A stretch of DNA of 64,000 nt from Macrostomum lignano (Eukaryota). Where the stretch lies: assembly GCA_002269645.1 (NCBI GenBank), contig NIVC01002161.1, forward strand, positions 1 to 64,000, read 5' to 3'. Position 1 is the first letter of the stretch. Each line of letters starts with the position of its first letter. This document shows positions 11,244-23,300 of the stretch, piece by piece. Below the pieces are notes generated by a model, which searched no databases, was not told the origin of the DNA, and worked only from the letters and a program-made list of their open reading frames with translations. Both the position numbers and the translations under genes were made by a program.

Positions 11244-13219
11244 TTGCGAAATGAAACCACGCATACAGTTGAAGCAAATTCACAATTTCTTTAATTCAAA
11301 GAAAGGAACCAAATTTTCGACCCGAACAGGGTCTTCGTCAGGGTATATTGTAAATAAAAAGATAGATAGATAGATAGATACATAGATACTAGTATAGTAA
11401 CATTAGTAATACAAGATAATAGTAACATACCCCCAGATGTGTCTCGTATGAGTTGTACGATCAGGAGATCAATCACCGATTCCGTGCGCGATTGTCAGGC
11501 ATAAATACGAGCCTGACAATAAGCTAGAAGCAGCCAGCTTATTTCAATTTGTCGCTAAAGCAACCGAAAAGCAAACAAAAGGAAAAGGCAATTCTTTCAG
11601 AGGGATCCTCTGGTAAAAGCCTGATTTCAAATCCCTGGTAAAAGCCTTCCTCCACCTTTCTAATTCAAGCTATTGCCCCCCTACCACCACGATAACGAGT
11701 TGAAACCAATTACCGAGAGAACAGTGTTTGATGACTTGAAGCATTGGGGTAGCTGGGAGGAATACGGAAATACATCCCCCCCCCCAGTTCGGAAAAAGTT
11801 GGGATTTTTTAAGCTTTGATCTTAACAAATGATTCAAGGTTTCTAGGATTTTTCGACATAATAATGTTTCTACGACGTATTTCGACGTATGTTTGCTCTT
11901 GACCAAGTCTTTCGGGCGCTCTTTTGAAGTCTTGAGGTTTGTTTAGGATATTTTTAGTTTTGCTTTGTATTATTAGTATCATTTCCAGGAAGCCTGTGGG
12001 AGCACTCATACCACACGCTTTCGAATCACCCAGGCGCATGTAGACTCACTGCGCCTTGGCCATCATGGGTGCATGCATCGCCCGACAACCCCCTCAGAGC
12101 CAAGTTTCTCACACAAAGCCCAAAATGAATGTCGTCGGCCGGAAGTGGTCGGAAGTCGGACGTTTTTACCGCTGATCTCCTTCCTCTCTGTCCCTTGCTC
12201 GATAGGAAATGGCACTTGAAATGAGAGATGTTCCTGAATTCGTAAGAATTACGGGGAATAAAATATAACTGTGTGATTATGGCTCATTGAGCAACTGAGC
12301 AACACAAAAGCTTTTCTAAAAAAAACTGCAAAAACTGTAATAATTCTTCTTCAACTAAAACGTTTATTGTCACGCAATCAGCCAGAGTGAATTCAATAAT
12401 TGAATCTGTATCTCTTGAAGATGGTGAAATAATCAAAATTCATTTTTTTCTATTTTCTATATTGGCTAATTTTCTCTATCCATTAAAAAACCAATTTACT
12501 TGTGACGCATTTTATAGCCATCACCTAGAGTACATCAAGTGCTTTTCGAATTTCGAACGACAAACAAAACACTCACACTGCATGATGCATGATGCAGTTT
12601 AGATAGAAAAGCTACATTCTGCAGCATGTTCAAGCACGTCTCAACTGTACATGTACGTGAATGGGTTGATGCAATTTTAGCCTGGCTCCAGGCCCCAGTT
12701 TAGTCTGGTGATTAGAGTGAAGAGTTATGGCTAAAGATTATTACTACATACAGTACCTAAAGTAGTTAGAGCTGGGTTTCCAGATGTTTTGACGCAAAAA
12801 CGCAAATTATACTACTATCTGAAAATGAAGTAAGTAGTAGTATGAAAACGCTATCCTAAGCGTGATGTATATAGCATATATTCAATATGTACTTGCATAT
12901 GTACATTGTCTACTACTATGTCTACTTGTATATATAAATTAATCCCTTATCTAATTTTCCCCAATGTTCATCTATATGTACACACTGCATACTTCTATAT
13001 GTACTTGCGCATTAAACTACTTCTGTGACAATTTCTATTTGTACAGGGTCATATATGCACATTATAATCCCCAATCTACACGACGGTCCCACTGCATTTG
13101 AATCCCTCCATACAGCAGCCAACCCCCAAAACAAGAGTATAAATGTATGGTTTAATTTACAAAAATATACCTTTGCAGCTGCACTGTCAGCTGGCTGATA
13201 GCGAAAACCAGCTTAAGCG

Positions 13220-13848
13220 TTATAGAATCGAGTCAGCAGGAAGAATTTGGGGCCCGAGTGGGATTGGGATTGTATCTTTTTTTGTTGTTGTTGTTGTTAT
13301 TCTGACACTTGAGTTGACGACAGCTAGCCCGGCCATTAATAATTTACTGCCGGCGGTGCACTCACAGAAGCCTACAAGGAAATTGCGAAGAACGCACACA
13401 CAACTGAAAAGGAAAAATGCATGGACTAAAAACCGGAAATTATCAATTTAAACAAATCACACTATACGTCCGCATCGTCACCAGAATCTTCATCTTCCCA
13501 GATAAATGCTTTTTAATCGCATCCAACGGTCCAGCAATCTCCGAACAATATGCTGCAGTTCAGCAAGGAAATTAAATGTAAAGGCTTTGAAAACTTGTCA
13601 TCTAGCGATTGCTGCAGCCGCTCCAATATTTTTGGGTCAATTATCCTCGGCAATTGCATGGCTGCTGTGTCAGCTGCCATGATAGATCCATGTATGCATG
13701 GTAAAGCCATATATGAGGCCAGCTGCGGCCTAAACCATGCCAGTTTGATTTCACTGTATGGCCTGACACACACATGGCCTGGCGGCTGAGCCGCAAACGA
13801 ACAATCGCTGAGGCTGTCTAGCGCGCGCGTGCGGTCTGTCCAGCCCAA
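13220..13848 (-). pseudogene. Possible divergent or disrupted LSm11-like (Sm-fold) coding remnant
   Basis: Ordered motifs FRPQLASY, KILERL, GPLDAIKKHLSGKMKILVTMRTY, FLVGF resemble LSm11 FDPLLALY, NVLTRM, (G/S)PL..L..C...(16)..RTF, FLVAFD. No fully consistent exon model could be built. Confidence 0.3.
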
Positions 13849-14534
13849 TTAGCTAAGGCGACAGCTGCGCTTGCACCAATCGAAACTGGTAAATGTAGCA
13901 AGCAGGTCAACTTCGTGCAGGTGCGAAGCATCGAGAAGAATAAAATAAACCCAATCTAGAAGCCAGCTGGAATAAAGCTGACATCTAACCATGAACAGTG
14001 TATAGAATGAATTAGATTTTCGATTTTACTATTTTTACATGTATTATCTGTACGTATGCAAGCTTCTGAGACGTAGCCCTGCAAGTAGTAGCTCGTAGGT
14101 AGAGACCCAAGCAATTAATGCTTGCACATGCTTGACGTCCCTTTCGACACTTGGCTTAATCCGGGTCTTAGGGATGAGAGTTGTAACGGCGCTGTCCCAA
14201 GCATAAATTTTTAATGACCTGATTTAGGTTAGGATTTATAGAAGTGTTTAACTAAAATTTTAAATTTTATTGATAAGCATTGTAGTGATGGTAGTGATTA
14301 TTTACTTTGCCTTTTGCTTTTTGCCTTTTTTATATTAAAGTGTAAATTTTATCTTAACTTTATTCTTAGAAAGAGCAGTCCGCGTTCAATTTAAGGACTT
14401 TTAGGGCATAAATGCGTGCCCGCGTGTGTGCGGCGCCCTCCCCCCGCCTTCAGCAATCGTCTCAAATTTTGTCGGAAATATATCTTCTCTCGGTATGACT
14501 ATTCTGAGCATATAATTGTGATGTACAGTAGAGC

Positions 14535-16060
14535 TATTGTAGACTAGGTCACAGTGACTCGTGACCGCGAGTACGAGTCTACGATATAACGACTATAGGC
14601 CTAGCCTTGTATATCTTTGTCATTGTCAACTTCGTAATTGGCTGTTACAGTTCGGATACTATACTACAAGCTAAGGCCTAAGTAGTACACGTCCACGACA
14701 TACGATCTGGCGACAGCAGTCAAAGTGGCGACAGACGATCCGGCGACAGATTTTGTATTGTAGATTTAACGAATGTTAGATGCAAAAATACAATGTTACA
14801 TTACATGTAGTTTTTAATTTTACAGTAGAGAATTCACTTTAGGACAGCATCTTTTCTAATAAAAAGTGTACATTAGGGCCTATGACTGTCTATACTTCTG
14901 TCTGAAATAATTTCAGGGTCACATCAAACATTTTAATGTATAGTGTATCTGAATATAAAACTAGCCTATTCTAACCCTTTATTAAATTAAAGAATGCATA
15001 ATTTTAATGCAGTTTCCCCTTTTTTGAAAGCAATTATCATTATAAAGAAGCTATTGAAACCCACAGATTTTATACCTGCTAAATTCTAATTATTTAAACA
15101 ATTTTTGTATTGGGCTTACATTCTATTAATAAAATAATAATAGGTCTCCTACCGCTGCCACCAGTGAAGTACAGACTATTGATTGCTTCCCAATCAGTCG
15201 CTTAAGCTGTTGGCTGACTCTTCTAGGAAGCCTCCTAGTTGCTCTTAGTAGCATTGGTAGATGCTACCACCAGCTCGCGCAGATCTTGTCCTTTGATGAG
15301 AGAGACTCTGGACTAAGCAAAATAAACAAGACTCAGGAACTTAGCATACTGTATAGATTTGACAGATCGCATTGGTGCACACCTCTTGGTGCACATTAGA
15401 ATGTAGTTTGCAAATACTAGTGCGAGATACACGAATGCTTAGCCTAGACTTATAAAACAAAGGAGGGTCAAGCAAGAGGTTGCCAGAGGCACAAGAGGCC
15501 TACACTTATAGGATAGCAGATCAATTTTACCATACTGTGCAATCTCCCATTGTGCCAGAGTACGCAAGGCCATTCTCATTGCACCCCCAACTTGGTGTGA
15601 TTCAGTTCTATTTTTAGAAACAAGCGCGGAGCCCTGCCAGAGAGGCAAAGACACTGTTCCTAATTTAGAGACTGACACATTAGATTGCACAAGGCAGTGC
15701 AAGAAAAGTACAGAGCGCTTGGGCTATGTGATCTGCTACTGTACAAGCTCAAAAGAGAGAATAGCCTGAGTGCTGAACTTAGACTAAATGAACATAGCCA
15801 TACAAAAAAGGGGGAGAGAGGCCAGACAGACAATGAACCAAGAGCAGGCTGAGTGGAAAAGACATTGGGAAGGCAGAGGAACTGGAAAAAAGGGGGCAAA
15901 GGGGGAAATTCAGGCAGCCAAAAGGACAAATGGGGCCAATGGAAAAGGAAAGGGAGAGGGAGAAAGAGAGGGAGAGCTGTGACTAGTAGCAGTCAACAGC
16001 TCAAAAGGGCGCAGGAAACTGTTGACAAAAGTGGGGCACCTAACACTAAACTAGTGTCTA
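14535..16060 (+). mobile_element. Possible decayed LTR-retrotransposon 5' end (short LTR, PBS-like TGGCGACAG at about 14707, gag-like G/K/R-rich ORF remnant)
   Basis: TG..CA-bounded CpG-rich block followed by a TGGCGAC motif; stop-interrupted KKGGKGGNSG..KGRGRKRG peptide. No second LTR seen. Confidence 0.25.
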
Positions 16061-17363
16061 GTGCTCACTTCAATAGGCATCTAATAGGTTTAGGCCTAGC
16101 CTAACTAATTTTAAGATCTATTTAGTTTATTAATTTAATATTTGTCAGGGTCTAATTTAGTATAGTTAGTAAAATTATTAAAACAAAAGGCCATGGTTAT
16201 AAACTTATTTATCAAAAAAATAAATAATTTTCTAGTGTTTTCATAAGTATATAAAACTCTGGTTTTTTAGTAATGGACCTAGACAATGTAATTTAAAAAA
16301 TTCTAAATGTTATCCTACTTTAAAGTTTAATAACCATTTTTAAAGATAGTTATTTAAAAGGTTTATAGTACAAGTAGGCCCCATTAAATGATGCATAAAT
16401 AATGACATCTAAGATAAAACTTGATTTTTGAAACTTGAAACTTGAAGATGATTTTGAGTGCCTTAGATCATGTAGACCCTAGATTAGGGGTTTAAAAGCT
16501 TTTTAATATCAAGGGCTAAATAGAAAATCTATAGGCATATGACTATATATACATGTACAATTTCCCTGATTTATACTGGCCATGCAACTTATTTTTTGAC
16601 CAAAAATATGACTTATCTATAAAAGACCTTGAAGCAAAAATTAATAGAATTGTAGGTATATGGCAGGAGTAACAATTAATATATTATTATGGCTAAATGT
16701 ACTGTTCCGCTGTAGCTATGGCTATGGCTATGGGATCCTACAACAAATATGGTAAATAGGTGCCTACGGTAGCTATGGATACACCTATGTAGCTAGCTGC
16801 TCTTATAGCTACAAATATGGAAATATGGTAGTTGCTATCATATTATGTAGATTCTCGTAGCCATAGTTATTAATTTAAAAAAATTGAAAGAATATTAGAA
16901 ACAGGTAGACTAAAACAAAGATGCTTTAGTAAACTGTATTAAACTTATAGAATATACCTAATAAAGTACAATAAAACATTAGCAAACTATAATTTTTATT
17001 AATGTGAAAAAGTTCAGCATTAGTACTTTCAGTAGTGATTAAGTATTGTTGCTTTGTAAAAAGACAAAATATAATCTTACAAAGGCAATCGAGTGTTTCT
17101 TTTATTTTCTAACTTAATTCGCAGTTGTTTAAGCACCAGGTTATCTTGATTCAAAATATTTTGTTTTATAGACTATATAAGTCACACATTTAAAAAAAAC
17201 AATCGCAGATAGTTACTAAACTTGCAAAAGACTACTTCAAATATTCCATAAATGTCATTATAACCATTGTAGTAAGTGTAAAGTGAAAATTTCAGTTCTA
17301 AATTCTTCATGTACTCCCATGCTGTCAAACTGAACACTGACTGCCTCACAGAAACGCACAGAA

Positions 17364-20300
17364 ATGCACGGGGATCAGGCCTCATCATCATCTGGCGGTC
17401 GCAAAGGACGCTTAGATCACAATGTGCTAGCTTATTACAGAGAAACTCTGCGCAATCTCGACGAGATGCGCTCACCTAGTTGGGGAAATCCGGACGATTA
17501 TGGTGAGATCAATATGAGTAGACTCAATTATTCCTAAGTTTGGAGATTTGGAATGTTTACTGAGATTAGCTAGATATGGATTATCCACTCGCCGACTTCA
17601 CACAGAGCAGCTTCTGAGCACGGCATTTGATAGCCTGGCCAGGGAGGGCCGCCAGCTGGCTCAGAACCAGACTGGCTCTCGGCTTGCCGAGTCCCTCATC
17701 AATCTGGCCGACTGGCCCCGGCTGGCCCGCCTGCTCAACAACTTCGCCACCAACTGGCCTGCAGTTGTTGGCGACAGGTTTGCTCACCGGGTGCTGCAAA
17801 CCGCTATTAGGCGGTACCTGACGCTGCGGCTTGAAGGTTTGTGAGCTTTTAACTGAGCTGTCAACCTTCTGGATTCTCAAATGAGTGGCATTTGACAGTT
17901 TCCCAGATCCTCAGTTGCTGGGCCACCAGCCTCCCAGATCCTCAGTTGCTGGGCCAGTCTCCCAGATCCTCAGTTGCTGGGCCAGCCTCCCAGATCCTCA
18001 GTTGCTGGGCCAGTCTCCCAGATCCCCAGTTGCTGGGCCAGTCTCCCAGATCCTCAGTTGCTGGGCCAGTCTCCCAGATCCTCAGTTGCTGGGCCAGTCT
18101 CCCAGATCCCCAGTTGCTGGGCCAGTCTCCCAGATCCTCAGTTGCTGGGCCAGCCTTCCAGATCCTCCGTTGCTGGGCCAGTCTCCCAGATCCTCAGTTG
18201 CTGGGCCAGTCTCCCAGATCCTCAGTTGCTGGGCCAGTCTCCCAGATCCCCAGTTGCTGGGCCAGTCTCCCAGATCCTCAGTTGCTGGGCCAGCCTCCCA
18301 GATCCTCAGTTGCTGGGCGTCTCCCAGATCCTCAGTTTCTGGGCCACCAGCCTCCCAGATCCTCAGTTGCTGGGCCAGCACCGCCGTCTCCAGATCCCCG
18401 GTCGGGATCCAAAGTTGAACAGAGCCCCAACCAAACAACCAAAAATCCCCAGGCAGGGGTGAAGCGGACGCCGCCGGCAGCACAGACGATGACGGAGCAG
18501 TGGACGGCGAGCCGTCACCAGTCGAGTCCGACCCGAGCCGGCTGTGGGGAACCTTCGCTGCTCACATGCGCCTGCACTACCCCGAGTACCTGGAGCACCC
18601 CTACGCTTGTCACACTCTGCGCAGCTACCTGCTGCTTATTGGTGGGGTGCTGGTCTCTGCCAACCCCACTGCACCATCTGGCTCTTCGTTTAACAAGCAC
18701 GGTGTGTGTGTGACTCATGTAGCTCTTTGTTGTAGGAAGGTTCTTGTAGAAATAAGTGTCCATTGCGTAGGCAATAGGGTAGGATGTAATCGTGTAGAGA
18801 TGGCTGGGGACTGGGTGTACGCTCGTATCGGGGTAGAAATGGGGTAGGGTGTGATGAAGTAGAGAAATGGGTAGGGTGTGATGGGGTAGAGAAATTGGTA
18901 GGGTGTGATGGGGTAGAGAAATGGGTAGGGTGTGATGGGGTAGAGAAATGGGTAGGGTGTGATGGGGTAGAGAAATGGGTAGGGTGTGATGGGATAGAGA
19001 AATGGGTAGGGTGTGATGGGATAGAGAAATGGGTAGGGTGTGATGGGGTAGAGAAATGGGTAGGGTGTGATGGGATAGAGAAATGGGTAGGGTGTGATGG
19101 GGTAGAGAAATGGGTAGGGTGTGATGGGATAGAGAAATGGGTAGGGTGTGATGGGATAGAGAAATGGGTAGGGTGTGATGGGGTAGAGAAATGGGTAGGG
19201 TGTGATGGGGTAGAGAAATGGGTAGGGTGGTTCAAATGCGGGTAACCACAGAAAACTGACAATAAATCCGCCCGCATCATTGCAGACTCCTACGATCCCA
19301 GCAGTTCCGTTCTGGTCGATCCGCCTCTTGAATTCGATGGCATTTCGCTCACTGAAGAATTGGACGGCTTGTGCTCACGGTTCCTGGAGAACAAGCACGT
19401 TCTGTGTGAGTTGCGGGGGTTGAGGCTTGTTGGTTCATAAATTGCCAAGTCATGCCGTGATATGATCTTTCAATATTGGGTCATTGACCCTCTGAAGTGA
19501 GTCATGAGTTTTTAATGGATCATTGATTCTTTGAAGTGAGTCATTAATGGGTCATTTATTCTCTAAAGTGAGTCATTAATGGGTCATTTATTCTCTAAAG
19601 TGAGTCATTAATGGGTCATTTGTTCTCTAAATTGAGTCATTAATGGGTCATTGATTCTCTGAAGTGAGTCATTAATGGGTCATTTATTCTCTAAAGTGAG
19701 TCATTAATGGGTCATTTGTTCTCTAAATTGAGTCATTAATGGGTCATTGATTCTCTGAAGTGAGTCATTAATGGGTCATTTATTCTCTGAAGTGAGTCAT
19801 TAATGGGTCATTTATTCTCTGAAGTGAGTCATTAATGGGTCATTGATTCTCTGAAGTGAGTCATTAATGGGTCATTGATTCTCTGAAGTGAGTCATTAAT
19901 GGGTCACTGATTCTCTGAAGTGAGTCATTAATGGGTCATTTATTCTCTAAAGTGAGTCATTAATGGGTCATTGATTCTCTGAAGTGAGTCATTAATGGGT
20001 TATTCAAATTTCGACATTACTGCAAGTCATAAGCTTGATAGTATGTACATCAGTACATGTTAAAGTTGTGACGTAATAAATATTTGCCTACTTATTTACG
20101 AGTATGCAATACAACGGTTTTGTTATAAATCGCTCATCGGCCAGTGATCACCTGATCATCAACATTCCAGCCCTGATTGACAGCGAAGTGACGGGTCCTT
20201 TTCTTCAGGTGCTCATGCTGGTGCTGAAGCTGCGGTTGCCAAAGCGGTTTAGAAAATTTATTAAGCACCTGAATAAGGCGTCCGGACTCCTTGATGCCAC

Positions 20301-23300
20301 CTGCGAGATAGAGGCATTGGGGGAGAAGTACAGGTGAGTGTGTTTTGTGAGATTTTGAGATGGCTAAGCTTTTGTGAGATTTCAAATAAACTACAGGTGT
20401 GAGATTTTGAATCAAATAAGCTACAGGTGTGAGATTTTGAATCAAATAAGCTACAGGTATGAGATTTTGACTCAAATAAGCTACAGGTGTGAGGTTTTGA
20501 ATCAAATAAACTACAGGTGTGAGATTTTGAATCAAATAAACTACAGGTGTGAGATTTTGAATCAAATAAGCTACAGGTGTGAGATTTTAAATCAAATAAA
20601 CTACAGGTGTAAGATTTTGAATCACATAAACTACAGGTGTGAGATTTTGAATCAAATAAGCTACAGGTGTGAGATTTTAAATCAAATAAACTACAGGTGT
20701 AAGATTTTGAATCACATAAACTACAGGTGTGAGATTTTGACTCAAATAAGCTACAGGTGTGAGATTTTAAATCAAATAAGCTACAGGTGTGAGATTTTAA
20801 ATCAAATAAACTACAGGTGTAAGATTTTGAATCACATAAACTACAGGTGTGAGATTTTGAATCAAATAAACTACAGGTGTGAGATTTTGAATCAAATAAA
20901 CTACAGGTGTGAGATTTTGAATCAAATAAGCTACAGGTGTGAGATTTTGAATCAAATAAACTACAGGTGTGAGATTTTGAATCAAATAAACTACAGGTGT
21001 GAGATTTTGAATCAAATAAGCTACAGGTGTGAGATTTTGAATCAAATAAACTACAGGTGTGAGATTTTGAATCAAATAAGCTACAGGTGTGAGATTTTAA
21101 ATCAAATAAACTACAGGTGTAAGATTTTGAATCACATAAACTACAGGTGTGAGATTTTGACTCAAATAAGCTACAGGTGTGAGATTTTAAATCAAATAAA
21201 CTATAGGTGTAAGATTTTGAATCACATAAACTACAGGTGTGAGATTTTGAATCAAATAAACTACAGGTGTGAGATTTTGAATCAAATAAACTACAGGTGT
21301 GTGATTTTGAATCAAATAAGCTACAGGTGTGAGATTTTGAATCAAATAAACTACAGGTGTAAGATTTTGAATCACATAAACTACAGGTGTGAGATTTTGA
21401 CTCAAATAAGCTACAGGTGTGAGATTTTAAATCAAATAAACTACAGGTGTAAGATTTTGAATCACATAAACTACAGGTGTGAGATTTTGAATCAAATAAA
21501 CTACAGGTGTGAGATTTTGAATCAAATAAACTACAGGTGTGAGATTTTGAATCAAATAAGCTACAGGTGTGAGATTTTGAATCAAATAAACTACAGGTGT
21601 GAGATTTTAAATCAAATAAACTACAGGTGTGAGATTTTGAATCAAATAAACTACAGGTGTGAGATTTTGAATCAAATAAACTACAGGTGTGAGATTTTGA
21701 ATCAAATAAGCTACAGGTGTGAGATTTTGAATCAAAAAAACTACAGGTGTGAGATTTTGAATCAAATAAACTACAGGTGTGAGATTTTGAATAAAATAAA
21801 CTACAGGTGTGAGATTTTGAATCAAATAAACTACAAAGAGATTTTGGTTTCAAACAAAATCAAATTTCCCCAAATGCTCAATGCTTCCCCATGCCCGCAG
21901 CGTCCCCTCCCTGCTGTGCAGCAGCACCGGCTGCTACTTCCTGGAGCAGCTGGTTTCTCTGCTCTCACCGAAGCAGCTCCGCAAATTTGCCTCCGCCCAC
22001 ATCGCCGGCAAGGAGGCTGCGCTGGCCCTGCATCCCAGCGCCAATTTCGTCCTGCAGCGCCTGGCGACAGCGGACCCTCCGCCTGGCGACTGGCTTGCCA
22101 AGCTGGTGGCCTCGGCAGTTGGCGACTCGCCCGGTGCCGGCTGGCTGTCCGAGGCGATGCGGCAGTCGCCTGGCAGACAGCAGCAGCTGCTGGTAGGGTC
22201 TCCGCTTTCAATTCCTGTTCATGCGCATCACGTGACTCAACACTCCATTATTCAAGCAGACTAAATTGAGTTGTTATAAATGCGAAATGCGATTCTAATT
22301 CATAAACTGACGCAGAGTCGTAGACAGTCAAACGCCTCAAATATTGATTCTTTGACGGCTTTTGCAGGCGACTTGTACCGTGATATCTTGTTTTTGGGTC
22401 GTCTAAGAGTCCCTTCTTTCCTATTTTACCTGTGTTACCTGCAGTGACTCCTAGGTGACTCAAGTGATTCTTGGACGCCTCTTGGCCTGGGTGCAGTTTT
22501 CATCGGGTGAGACAATTCTGCTCATTCCCCTGGCTCCTGAGCACATGCTGCGCCAATGCTGTGCGCACGCATACACACGCTCACACAGGGTGTACATGTA
22601 CAGCGGCCTGACTTTCGGTCTGAGAGTCAGGCGCCCCCCCCCCCTGCCATAGACTATCGCTGCCCCTTCAACACCCCTTCAAAATCACTCAGTATTCTCT
22701 GGGCAAAGTGCTTTGCATCGAATGGGATTTAACTACCGGAGACAATATTTGAGATTAGAAATTAGAATCAATTATAGCCTAGGTTGTAGCCTAGTGAGGG
22801 GTTGTAGCCTAATGGGGGGTTGTAGCCTAGTGTGAGTTGTAGCCTAGTGGGGGGTTGTAGCCTAGTGGGGGGGTTGTAGCCTATGGGGGTTGTAGCCTAT
22901 GGGGGTTGTGGCCTAGTGGGGTTGTAGCTAGTGGTTAGAGCGTCAGACTCACGACTTGAAGGTCAGGGGTTCGATTCTTGACTCACTCGAAACATTTTGG
23001 TGTCTTTGAGCAAGACACTCAGCTCTGCATTGCTGCAGTTCACTCGGCTGTAAAATGGGTGCCAGCATTAGCTGGGGTAATTGGGGATGTGTGGCGAGCC
23101 CCCAGACCTGAGGTGTAATCAATTATTATTATTATTATTATTATTATTACAAACCTCAGGTAGTGCTAGCTAGGCAGTGCCGAGCTGCTCAGCCTCTGCC
23201 CCAAGATGAAGCTCGCCGTCTCCAAGCCCAGCTGATGCGCAAATTCGATTCGATAGCTGCATCATCATGCAAGTCTGCAGACTCCTCATCGGCGCTGTTC

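Noticed and set aside
11670-12200. Short minus ORFs and two CGGAAGT (ETS-like) motifs
   Set aside because: No family recognised and no gene start can be tied to the motifs.
20261-22269. 631-aa and 530-aa ORFs
   Set aside because: Stop-free 30-bp repeat inside NOP9 intron 5; not independent genes.
22455-22652. ORF MTQVILGRLLAW... as a NOP9 exon
   Set aside because: It lies in an antisense SINE fragment and breaks phase; exon 22192 joins 23160 directly with good NOP9 homology.
22918-22990. tRNA gene
   Set aside because: A and B boxes are present but there is no proper cloverleaf; it continues into a SINE core and (ATT)n tail. The same applies to 55075-55138.
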